From a virus (Duplodnaviria > Caudoviricetes): 64,000 nucleotides of DNA. Of this stretch, positions 1 through 8,555 are shown in pieces; position 1 is the first letter of the stretch; each line of letters opens with the position of its first letter. Both the position numbers and the translations under genes were made by a program. The DNA lies in IMG/VR virus record IMGVR_UViG_3300028886_000042. One strand, written 5' to 3'. The notes beneath the pieces are model-generated. The model did no database searches. It was given only the letters and a program-made list of their open reading frames with translations, and was not told where the DNA came from.

Positions 1-203
1 GAAATCCGATAATGACGGACGAGGCGAAGGAACTGATGGATTCTATGATGTATTCCCCTATAGACCCCGAAGGAAGGAGTTTTGATAATCTGTACAAAAT
101 ACTCTGTGATGAAGGTATAGAAGAACTTACAGACCCGTCGAAATTCAGTAATTTTTTCATTGAATATGCATATCTTATAGAAAATGAGAAAAAAAACTGT
201 TGA
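1..203 (+). CDS. 3' end of a gene truncated by the window edge; possibly a 5'-3' exonuclease/RNase H-like protein
   Basis: Open frame from the window start to TGA at 203; lies upstream of the helicase region. The function is a weak guess from context. Confidence 0.3.
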   Translation, partial: NPIMTDEAKELMDSMMYSPIDPEGRSFDNLYKILCDEGIEELTDPSKFSNFFIEYAYLIENEKKNC

Positions 204-209
204 ATTTAT

Positions 210-242
210 TTTGACGTTTTGAGTTTAAGACGTATATTTGCA
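210..242 (+). promoter_or_regulatory. Bacteroidetes sigmaA-type promoter (-33 TTTG / -7 TATATTTG)
   Basis: TTTG 210-213, 19-nt spacer, TATATTTG 233-240, followed by CA. Confidence 0.75.
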
Positions 243-296
243 AAAGAAAATCTATAAAAAGAAATTGTTTAACCATTTTTAAAGAACATTTTAATA

Positions 297-1175
297 ATGT
301 CAGAAAACAACAACAACTTTAAGAAAGAGCCTAAAGTTTTGGATAACGAGGCTTATAAGGAGAGATTTCAGTTTCTGCTGTGGGTAAATGACAACATTAT
401 CTGTCAGCGTTACTTCAGAATTAACGGTTATAACAGTGATTCGCTTAAATCACTTCAGTTCAAGAACACAATGGACGAAGTTGTTAAGATGATTCAGGAT
501 GACCTGGTATCTAAGAGCAGAATCTTCATGTGGTATACAAGAAACGAGCCCATGAAGCTTTGCGGTTTCGTTAATAAGTACGAAGGCCTTAAGGATTCAG
601 ACATATTGATGCTGTCTTCACCTGACTATGACGGTGAAGTGGAACTGTCTGACGGTGAAACTGTTGAAAAGGAATATTTCAGTTATCCCGAAGGTATGGA
701 GGATTCATATTCGGATAACGAGAATCTGCCCAAATGGGAAGTTACGTTCAAATTTCAGATGGTTGTGGATGAACACACTGTCTATGAGAAAATTTGGGAC
801 GGCGGTGTATATCCCAAGTATGTAAGGAACGGTGTAGACCTTACGAATTCAGATATCATGTACCGTGACAAGGAGCCTTCTTCCCTTCATTTTGCCTACG
901 CCATTATCCGTCACATGACCCTTGGCAAGATTGACCTTGTATATCACATTATCAGACAGATATGCGAGGTTATGAGTTACAAGTTCGAGGACAGCAACAA
1001 GTATATCAAGAGAGACAGGTACAGTGACAGAAACTATATTCTCTCAACCTACAACAAGGATTGGGTTGACAACGCAAGACAGTCATGCCTTCAAAAGACA
1101 AGAGAATATTTCAATAATTTCGATACGTTCGGTTTGACACCCGGACAATTTGACTATATTGAGAACCGTTTATAG
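297..1175 (+). CDS. hypothetical phage protein (292 aa)
   Basis: Long ORF with a promoter upstream and a terminator downstream; no recognisable motif. Confidence 0.8.
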   Translation: MSENNNNFKKEPKVLDNEAYKERFQFLLWVNDNIICQRYFRINGYNSDSLKSLQFKNTMDEVVKMIQDDLVSKSRIFMWYTRNEPMKLCGFVNKYEGLKDSDILMLSSPDYDGEVELSDGETVEKEYFSYPEGMEDSYSDNENLPKWEVTFKFQMVVDEHTVYEKIWDGGVYPKYVRNGVDLTNSDIMYRDKEPSSLHFAYAIIRHMTLGKIDLVYHIIRQICEVMSYKFEDSNKYIKRDRYSDRNYILSTYNKDWVDNARQSCLQKTREYFNNFDTFGLTPGQFDYIENRL

Positions 1176-1201
1176 CATTCTCAATTCTCCATTCTGTCTA
1201 T

Positions 1202-1232
1202 AGCCGCTCTGTATAATCCGGGCGGCTTTTTT
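1202..1232 (+). terminator. intrinsic terminator
   Basis: agccgctc...gggcggct hairpin followed by a T run. Confidence 0.7.
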
Positions 1233-1271
1233 AAAAAGTTCCGTCTAATATTTAAAATATATATATTTTTC

Positions 1272-2705
1272 ATGTCTAAAGCAAATTTAAATGACAGAAG
1301 TAATTTAGGTTATCTTGGCGAGGAATTTCAGGTTAAGCTTGTAAAGTGTTTTTTCGAGGACAGGAAGTTTTTTGAAAGAATAGAGGAAATTGTTGACCAG
1401 AATATGTTCAGTAATGAACACCTCAGAAGAATTGTCGGATTCATGAAGGACAGGTACAACTTCAACGAAACTGTTACGACTTATTTCGAAATTGAAACCA
1501 TAATAAGAAGCAAGGTTTCCGATGCAATTTCCGTAGAACAGCTTCTTGCCTATATAGAAAGGATAAAGGGGATGAGTTTGGAAGGTATGGATTTGGTTGA
1601 GGACGAATCCGAAAAATTCTTCAAGCAGCAGAATCTTACCAAGGCTATAAATAAAGTCCGTGATATAGTTAAAAACGGTGATTTCAGCAACTATTATGTT
1701 ATTGAGGATATCATAAAGAAATCACTTGAGGTAAATACCAAGGAAGACAGTGCAAAAAGGCTTTTTGAGAATGTCGAGTCTGTTTTGTCTGAGGATGAAC
1801 GTCTGAGAATACCTACCGGTGCAGATAAGCTGGATGCTACGCTCAGAGGTGGGTTAGGTAAGGGTGAATTAGGTGTTATAATAGCACCAAGCGGAACAGG
1901 TAAAACGTCTGCCACAACAGGTTTTGCGGCAAATGCGGCTACATATAAGTGTGAAGCGAACAATTTCAACGGCTATAACGTACTTCATTACTTCTTTGAG
2001 GATGAGGAGAACAATATAGAGCGTAAATATTATGGTTTTCTTACAGGATTTGATGCCTGTGACCTTCATTTACCTGAAATACGTCCTCTTGTACTCGAAA
2101 AACTAAATGAGGACACTGAAATACGCAAGATGCTTCGTAATAACATAAAATACGAGCGTCTGATAAGCGGTGAGGTTACGGCATCACAGATTAAGAACAA
2201 GATACGCAAGGAAATAGCCCTTGGTTTCAAGCCTGACCTTGTCATAATCGACTACTTTGAATGTCTTAAGACAGAGAAGGGTGACAATACGGACAGTGAA
2301 TGGTCTAAGGAAGCCCTTACCATGAGAAAATTAGAGGCTATTGCACATGAATTCAACGTAGCCATATGGGTTCCTGTTCAAGGTACACGTGATTCTATCG
2401 GTGCTGAACTTGTAGGACTTATGCAGGCAGGCGGTTCTATCAAGAAGGTACAGATTGCCCACGTAATCATTACTTTTGCAGCAACGGACAATATGAAATT
2501 ACAGGGTAAACTTAATATTTCACTTGGAAAATTCAGGGCAGGCCGTATTGACAGAAACAAGTTCTTCAATGTCAGTTTCAATAACGGTACATGCAGATTC
2601 GATATGTCTGAATGTGATGACGGTACGGGAAATACTTATGAGAATGATTATCAGTCTGCACAGTTTAACATCGCCAAACGAACAAAGCAGATGTACAACA
2701 GTTAA
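1272..2705 (+). CDS. replicative DNA helicase (DnaB / T4 gp41-like, SF4)
   Basis: IPTG..LD..L.GGL..GEL, Walker A APSGTGKT, Walker B LVIIDY, Q-x-x-R motif (VQGTR), K-x-R finger (GKFRAG). Confidence 0.9.
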   Translation: MSKANLNDRSNLGYLGEEFQVKLVKCFFEDRKFFERIEEIVDQNMFSNEHLRRIVGFMKDRYNFNETVTTYFEIETIIRSKVSDAISVEQLLAYIERIKGMSLEGMDLVEDESEKFFKQQNLTKAINKVRDIVKNGDFSNYYVIEDIIKKSLEVNTKEDSAKRLFENVESVLSEDERLRIPTGADKLDATLRGGLGKGELGVIIAPSGTGKTSATTGFAANAATYKCEANNFNGYNVLHYFFEDEENNIERKYYGFLTGFDACDLHLPEIRPLVLEKLNEDTEIRKMLRNNIKYERLISGEVTASQIKNKIRKEIALGFKPDLVIIDYFECLKTEKGDNTDSEWSKEALTMRKLEAIAHEFNVAIWVPVQGTRDSIGAELVGLMQAGGSIKKVQIAHVIITFAATDNMKLQGKLNISLGKFRAGRIDRNKFFNVSFNNGTCRFDMSECDDGTGNTYENDYQSAQFNIAKRTKQMYNS

Positions 2706-2708
2706 TTG

Positions 2709-2740
2709 AGGTTATAAATAGCGAGATAACCTTATTTTTT
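2709..2740 (+). terminator. intrinsic terminator
   Basis: aggttat/ataacct stem followed by tatttttt, directly after the helicase stop. Confidence 0.5.
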
Positions 2741-2875
2741 AGTAGAAAAAAAATTAATTTTTTTCTTCTGTGACTATCAGACAGTTATGGTTTTATTTCT
2801 GTTATTTTATATTTTCACCCAACCTTTTTAAAATTTGTAATGATAGGTATATTATACCTAAAACATTTATAAACT

Positions 2876-5089
2876 ATGCGTATTAAGAAAAGAGACAATA
2901 CAACAGAAGATTTTCTGTTTGAAAAAATTGAGAATGCTATAATAAAGGCATTCAATGCGTGTGATGTTCCTGTAAACCAAAGGGTTATAGAGTGTATGAG
3001 AAATAAGTTCGATGTTGACTCGGACACTGTTATCAGCGTTGAGGAAGTACAGGATGAAGTTGAGGATTGTTTAATGCAGTGGTGTCCGCCTGTAGCCAAG
3101 AAATATATAATTTATCGTTACGAACATAAGGTAATACGTGATACAAACGATAAGCTTTACAAGGATATTACAAAGAAACTCCTCGCTAATGATGCACAGA
3201 ATCAGAATGCGAATCTTGACGAACATTCATTCGGTGGAAGAATGGGGGAAGTTAACAGACTTGTACTTAAAGACTATGCATTAAAGTACTGTATGTCAAG
3301 AAAGTCGCGTAACAATCACTTGAATAATGAGATTTACATTCATGACTTGGATTCTTATGCTGCCGGGATGCATAACTGTCTCTCAATTCCGTTTGACGAA
3401 CTGTTGGCTAACGGTTTCAATACAAGACAGACTGATGTCCGTCCGGCAAACAGTATAAATACTGCATTTCAGCTTGTAGCAGTATTGTTTCAGTTACAGT
3501 CACTTCAGCAGTTCGGCGGTGTAAGTGCAACACATCTTGACTGGACAATGGTTCCATATGTCAGGAAGTCATTTTATAAGCATTTCAGTAATTGTGTTGA
3601 GGCAATTACAGGCAATACCGTAAATGAGGGTGAATATAATGACTCAATGAAGATTGATGATGAAAAATACAAGGCATATGGTGAGAAGTGTTATGAATTT
3701 GCACTGAAAATGACAAACAAGGAACTGAAACAAGCTGTTGAGGGTATGTATCATAATCTTAACACATTACAGTCAAGAAGTGGAAATCAGTTGCCTTTCA
3801 CGTCGATAAATTACGGTACTTGTACATTACCTGAAGGGCGTATGGTAACAAAGGCGTTGCTTGAAGGGTCAATAGCCGGTGTTGGTAAATTGCATAAGAC
3901 CCCTATTTTCCCATGCGGTATATTCCAAATGATGAATGGTGTCAACAGAAAGGAAGGTGAGCCGAACTATGATTTGTTCAAACTTGCACTTAAGTCAACT
4001 TCAAAGAGACTATATCCTAACTATGCCAATTGTGATTGGAGTGGAAATGCCGGATATGATAAGAATGACCCGAAGACATATTTCTCGTCTATGGGGTGTC
4101 GCACGATTAACGGTTTGGATATCAATGGGTTAGGTCAACAGAAAGATGGAAGAGGTAATATTTGTCCCGTCACTATTATTATGCCTACACTTGCCATGCA
4201 AGCTAAGGAAAAAGTTAATGAAAGAGCCATTAAGGAGGATAGAAAATACAATTATGATGAAGTTATCACTGAATTCATGAAACTTCTTGACAAGAAGATA
4301 GGCGAGGCAAAGGATATGCTACTTGAAAGGTTTGAATGGATTTGCAAACAAAGTCCGTCTTCTGCTAAGTTCATGTGGGAAAATAATACTATGACCGGTT
4401 ATGTACCTGAAGAAGGTATAAGGTCTGCACTGAAACACGGTACTATTGTAATAGGTCAGTTAGGTCTCGCAGAAACACTTCAGATTCTCATAAATAGAGA
4501 CCATACTACGGATGAAGGTATGGAGTTAGCGAAGGAGATAGAGGGGCTGTTCAAGAAGCGTTGTGCTGAATATAAAGAGAAGTACAAGTTAAATTTCGGT
4601 GTATATTATACCCCTGCCGAAAATTTGTGTTATACGGCAATGAAGAAATTCAGGGAAAAATATGGTGTTATAAAAAATGTATCTGACAGAGAATACTTTA
4701 CGAATTCAATGCATGTTCCTGTATGGCATAAAATAACACCTTTTGAAAAGATTGACATTGAATCACAATTAACAGGTTATTCATCAGCCGGATGTATAAC
4801 ATATGTTGAGTTAGACAGTAGTGTAATCCACAATACAGAAGCCCTTGAAGAGATTGTCGGTTATGCTATGGATAAGGATATACCTTATTTTGCCATAAAT
4901 ATTCCGAATGACCTTTGCGAATGCGGATATACAGGAGAAATAAATGAAGAGTGTCCTGTTTGCGGCAGTCATAACATACTGAGACTCAGAAGAGTAACCG
5001 GATATCTATCAGGTGACTACCTCCGAAGCTTTAACCACGGAAAACAGTGTGAAACAAATGACAGAGTAAAGCATATAAAGGAGGTCTGA
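2876..5089 (+). CDS. nrdD: anaerobic (class III) ribonucleoside-triphosphate reductase with N-terminal ATP cone
   Basis: ATP-cone start (IKKRD...F..EKI..AI), IYIHDLD, HNCL, SMGCR, TPAENLC, YFTNS.H, C-terminal Cys cluster (C-x-C...CPVC) and glycyl-radical loop RRVTGYL. Confidence 0.97.
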   Translation: MRIKKRDNTTEDFLFEKIENAIIKAFNACDVPVNQRVIECMRNKFDVDSDTVISVEEVQDEVEDCLMQWCPPVAKKYIIYRYEHKVIRDTNDKLYKDITKKLLANDAQNQNANLDEHSFGGRMGEVNRLVLKDYALKYCMSRKSRNNHLNNEIYIHDLDSYAAGMHNCLSIPFDELLANGFNTRQTDVRPANSINTAFQLVAVLFQLQSLQQFGGVSATHLDWTMVPYVRKSFYKHFSNCVEAITGNTVNEGEYNDSMKIDDEKYKAYGEKCYEFALKMTNKELKQAVEGMYHNLNTLQSRSGNQLPFTSINYGTCTLPEGRMVTKALLEGSIAGVGKLHKTPIFPCGIFQMMNGVNRKEGEPNYDLFKLALKSTSKRLYPNYANCDWSGNAGYDKNDPKTYFSSMGCRTINGLDINGLGQQKDGRGNICPVTIIMPTLAMQAKEKVNERAIKEDRKYNYDEVITEFMKLLDKKIGEAKDMLLERFEWICKQSPSSAKFMWENNTMTGYVPEEGIRSALKHGTIVIGQLGLAETLQILINRDHTTDEGMELAKEIEGLFKKRCAEYKEKYKLNFGVYYTPAENLCYTAMKKFREKYGVIKNVSDREYFTNSMHVPVWHKITPFEKIDIESQLTGYSSAGCITYVELDSSVIHNTEALEEIVGYAMDKDIPYFAINIPNDLCECGYTGEINEECPVCGSHNILRLRRVTGYLSGDYLRSFNHGKQCETNDRVKHIKEV

Positions 5090-5091
5090 AG

Positions 5092-5586
5092 ATGAGAATA
5101 CATAAGATAACGTATCCTGATGTCAATAACGGTTTAGGATGCCGTGCGACTGTTTGGGTTTCAGGCTGTTCACATCACTGCAAAGGGTGTCACAACAAGG
5201 AAACGTGGTCTTTTAACTGCGGAAAAGTATTTGATGAGGGTTATAAGGAAAAACTCTTCGAAATCCTATCACTTCCTTATATGAAAGGACTGACATTATC
5301 AGGTGGAGACCCGTTGGACAGTTATGAAGATGTTCTTGCACTTACTAAAGAAGTACGAGAGAAGTTCGGTAATACAAAGGATATTTGGCTTTATACCGGA
5401 TATACTATGGAAGAAATAAACAAAAACGGATTCGGTGAAATTTTAAAATACGTTGATTTTGTCGTTGACGGAAGATATGAAGAAAAACAAAGGGATGTTA
5501 CTTTGGCATTCAGGGGTTCCGTAAATCAGTGTATATATGAGAAAAAAGACGGTAAATTCGTCATTTCCGATTTAATGCAGCCTTAA
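5092..5586 (+). CDS. nrdG: anaerobic RNR activating protein (radical SAM)
   Basis: NGLGCR..VWVSGCSHHCKGCHN, GLTLSGGDPL, DGRY, FRGS.NQ; directly follows nrdD. Confidence 0.96.
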   Translation: MRIHKITYPDVNNGLGCRATVWVSGCSHHCKGCHNKETWSFNCGKVFDEGYKEKLFEILSLPYMKGLTLSGGDPLDSYEDVLALTKEVREKFGNTKDIWLYTGYTMEEINKNGFGEILKYVDFVVDGRYEEKQRDVTLAFRGSVNQCIYEKKDGKFVISDLMQP

Positions 5587-5602
5587 CGGTTGCATTTTTT
5601 TT
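5574..5602 (+). terminator. intrinsic terminator
   Basis: aatgcagcc-ttaac-ggttgcatt stem followed by a T run. Confidence 0.65.
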
Positions 5603-5669
5603 ATCTAATTATTTCAATAATAAACTTGTCGGGTTATATTTATAATATATATTCGATTTTTTGTCTGAT

Positions 5670-6056
5670 ATGCCTAAAACACAGAAATACGGTATTAAGT
5701 TTCCGATAAACATAACAAGTGACGAGAAAACGTTTTTCGATTTGGACAGTACACAGGAAGAAGCCATAAAATCCGAAATAATGCATCTTATCTTCACTCC
5801 TATGGGTCAGAGATTAAGAAAGCCGCTGTTCGGTTCAAAACTGATTCAGTTCATATTCAATCCGAATGACGGACAGACATGGTCTGATGTCGTAAGTGAA
5901 ATAAAGGATATGGTTTCAAGAAACATACCGAACTGTTCGATTGACAACGTAAATGTATATGAAATTAATGACGGTTTAGGGTTGGTTGCCTCCATAAAAT
6001 ACAGTGTGACATCCAACGGACAGACAAAGCAGTATCAAATAATGACGAATTTGTAA
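5670..6056 (+). CDS. baseplate wedge protein, gp25/GPW-like
   Basis: YGIKFP, I..LIFTP.GQR...P.FGS.L..FIF.P pattern typical of gp25; ATG at 5670 preferred over TTG at 5661. Confidence 0.85.
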   Translation: MPKTQKYGIKFPINITSDEKTFFDLDSTQEEAIKSEIMHLIFTPMGQRLRKPLFGSKLIQFIFNPNDGQTWSDVVSEIKDMVSRNIPNCSIDNVNVYEINDGLGLVASIKYSVTSNGQTKQYQIMTNL

Positions 6057-6067
6057 GGAAAAACAGT

Positions 6068-8116
6068 ATGGCTGAGAATAAGATACAATACAGTGCAAGA
6101 ACATATGATGATTACAGAAAATCACTTCTTGACATATCAAGGAAATATTATCCTGACATGGCTGACAGTTTCAATGATGCGAGTGTCGGTCAGTGGCTTA
6201 TAGAATTATGTGCAAGCGTGGGTGACGAACTCAGTTATCATATTGACAGAACGTATCAGGAAACATCCGTAACAGCAGCAGGACAGCGAAGTTCGCTTAA
6301 CAGCATAGCAAGGAATAACGGTATAAAGATACCGGGTAAGAAGGCTGCTATTGTCGAGATAGAACTGTCATGTGAACTGCCTTTAAAGGCAAGCGGTGAC
6401 AATTCGAACGGTAATCTTAGTGAAGCCGATACAGCTTATGCTCCCATCGTTAAAAGAGGCGCGTTATTCTCAACCGGACTTGTGACATTCGAACTTGTGA
6501 ACGATGTTAATTTTGGTGAGCAGTTTGATGAGAACGGTATGCCGAACAGACAGATAATACCTAACCGTGATTCAAACGGAAACATCATAAGCTATACATA
6601 CAAGAAGCTTGCTATTGCAGTTGCAGGACAGAGCAAGGTATATAAGAAAATAATAAGTAACAGTGATTTGAAGCCGTTTATGTCAGTACTGTTACAGGAT
6701 AATGACATACTTGGTGTAGAGAGTATCTTGGTCAAGGAAGGAGGTAATCTCTCAGTCAATCCGCAACTTTACGAATACAGTGTAGATGAAGAGGAATTCG
6801 AGGCTTCGGGTCAGGTAAAGACAAGCCGTTTCTTTGAAGTTGACAGTCTGATTGACCAGTATAGATTCGGGTATGAGACTGAAAAGTGTGAACAGGAAGA
6901 AGGTGAAGAAAAAAAGACTTGCATTTATAATCCTAAATGGTACACTGAAACTGAGCAGTATGAAGTAGGCGAGGGTGATGACAAGAAAACTGTAACATTA
7001 GATATAAGAAGGGTTGTACACGGAAAGTGGAAACGTCTGAAAAACAAGTTTATTACTGAATTCACAGACAATAATTCATTGAAGATTACATTCGGTTCAG
7101 GCATAAGGAACAAATACGGCACTATACCTGATGATGCAAGGTCGTTTACAAAATATGTCATGTCACGTATGGAGGCTAACGATTATTTGGGTGTTTTACC
7201 GGGTTGTGATTCTTCGGGTGACTCAACCATGTACATTCTTTACCGTGTAGGCGGCGGCGAACAGAGTAATATAGCAGCCGGCAGCCTTACGAACATAATA
7301 AATATAAGTTTGTGTATTGAAGGTGAAGATGCAAGGAAGAAGAGGGATGTTACAAATTCAATCAGAGTTACCAACACAACACCTTCATATGGAGGTAAGG
7401 ACGAGCCTTCTGAAGAGGAAATGAGACAGATTATAAAATACAACTCAGGTTCAAAGAACCGCTGTGTAACACTGCATGACTATATAGAACGGATTGCACA
7501 GATGCCTCCGAAGTACGGAACACCGTTCAGATGCGGTGCTGTGGAGGAGAATAATAAGATTATCATTTATGCACTTGGCCTTGACTCTGAAGGCCATTTG
7601 GAGAGCAAACTGTCAGAATTTGTTGCAAAAAACATGACAGAATATCTGTCAATGTACAGAACGGTTAATGACTTTGTTGAAATACATTCCGGAAAGATAA
7701 TAAACATTTCATTTGAAATTGACGTATGCATTGACAAGACATATGAGAAGTCAGAGGTTGTAAAGAGGATTATAGAACTTGTTACCGACTATATGGATAT
7801 AAGGAGACATGTAATGGGTGATGAGTATTATGTCGGTGATATAATGAAGGAAATATCAAAGCTTGACGGTGTAAAGAACCTTATTGACATAAAGGTATAC
7901 AACAAAGTAGGAGACGGTTATTCAGATGATGAAACGACACAGCAGCTTATCGAGGCAACTGACTGCTGTTATGAGGAATATAATGAAGGTCAGGAGAATT
8001 TCGACAGACGTATAGACCTTAAGGCAAGTGACAATATACTGTTCACTGATGCAAACAGTCTCCTAGAAATCAGATATCCTAACAAGGATATAAAAGTAAA
8101 TGTACGTCAAAGATAA
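6068..8116 (+). CDS. baseplate wedge protein, T4 gp6 / Baseplate_J-like
   Basis: Y..R.YD..R..L, LSYHID...QE, ITFG.G, YRVGGG..SN, GG.D.PS.EE.R, R.VT..DY motifs; follows the gp25-like gene. Confidence 0.85.
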   Translation: MAENKIQYSARTYDDYRKSLLDISRKYYPDMADSFNDASVGQWLIELCASVGDELSYHIDRTYQETSVTAAGQRSSLNSIARNNGIKIPGKKAAIVEIELSCELPLKASGDNSNGNLSEADTAYAPIVKRGALFSTGLVTFELVNDVNFGEQFDENGMPNRQIIPNRDSNGNIISYTYKKLAIAVAGQSKVYKKIISNSDLKPFMSVLLQDNDILGVESILVKEGGNLSVNPQLYEYSVDEEEFEASGQVKTSRFFEVDSLIDQYRFGYETEKCEQEEGEEKKTCIYNPKWYTETEQYEVGEGDDKKTVTLDIRRVVHGKWKRLKNKFITEFTDNNSLKITFGSGIRNKYGTIPDDARSFTKYVMSRMEANDYLGVLPGCDSSGDSTMYILYRVGGGEQSNIAAGSLTNIINISLCIEGEDARKKRDVTNSIRVTNTTPSYGGKDEPSEEEMRQIIKYNSGSKNRCVTLHDYIERIAQMPPKYGTPFRCGAVEENNKIIIYALGLDSEGHLESKLSEFVAKNMTEYLSMYRTVNDFVEIHSGKIINISFEIDVCIDKTYEKSEVVKRIIELVTDYMDIRRHVMGDEYYVGDIMKEISKLDGVKNLIDIKVYNKVGDGYSDDETTQQLIEATDCCYEEYNEGQENFDRRIDLKASDNILFTDANSLLEIRYPNKDIKVNVRQR

Positions 8117-8150
8117 TCTTTTTTATCATAATAATTATCATTTAATTTTT

Positions 8151-8183
8151 ACCGTCCTGTTCGTGAGAATCGGGCGGTTTTTT
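8151..8183 (+). terminator. intrinsic terminator
   Basis: accgtcc...gggcggt stem followed by a T run. Confidence 0.65.
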
Positions 8184-8186
8184 ATG

Positions 8187-8219
8187 TTTGTTGTTTTCTG
8201 ATAAAGCAGTATATTTGCA
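8187..8219 (+). promoter_or_regulatory. Bacteroidetes sigmaA-type promoter
   Basis: TTTG 8187-8190, 19-nt spacer, TATATTTG 8210-8217, then CA. Confidence 0.75.
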
Positions 8220-8291
8220 ATAATATAATCCTTCATTGACAAAAAAAGGAAAAAGGGCTAATTTAATATAAACAGAAAAGCATAAAATTTT

Positions 8292-8555
8292 ATGGGATGC
8301 GGTTGCAAAAGTGAAATAAGCAAATTTGAGAAATATACGGGATATCATTCTAACGGAGAATCCGGCAATAATAAGGAAAAGCTTGGAATATTCAGTAAAA
8401 TTATGAAGTTTTTCCTTCAATTATTCTTCGGAATTTTCTGTGGTGCTGTAATTATAGTTATGATAGTACCAATGCTGTTGTATATCATTATATGTTTGAT
8501 GACCGGCAGACAGGCACACTTCACTATTAAGAACTTGTTAAAGAAGAAGAACTGA
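8292..8555 (+). CDS. small membrane protein with MGCGCK N-terminus
   Basis: 87 aa with a ~30-residue hydrophobic stretch; stop overlaps the next ATG (TGATG). Confidence 0.75.
   Translation: MGCGCKSEISKFEKYTGYHSNGESGNNKEKLGIFSKIMKFFLQLFFGIFCGAVIIVMIVPMLLYIIICLMTGRQAHFTIKNLLKKKN

Noticed and set aside
2876-5089. Intron or intein in nrdD (also checked in the helicase)
   Set aside because: Both ORFs are continuous and of normal length, with no intein or homing-endonuclease motifs seen.
5661-8116. Type VI secretion or extracellular contractile injection system locus
   Set aside because: The gp25/gp6-like genes sit among phage replication genes, and no TssJLM, ClpV or Afp-type ATPase context is visible. 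A myophage baseplate is the simpler explanation.
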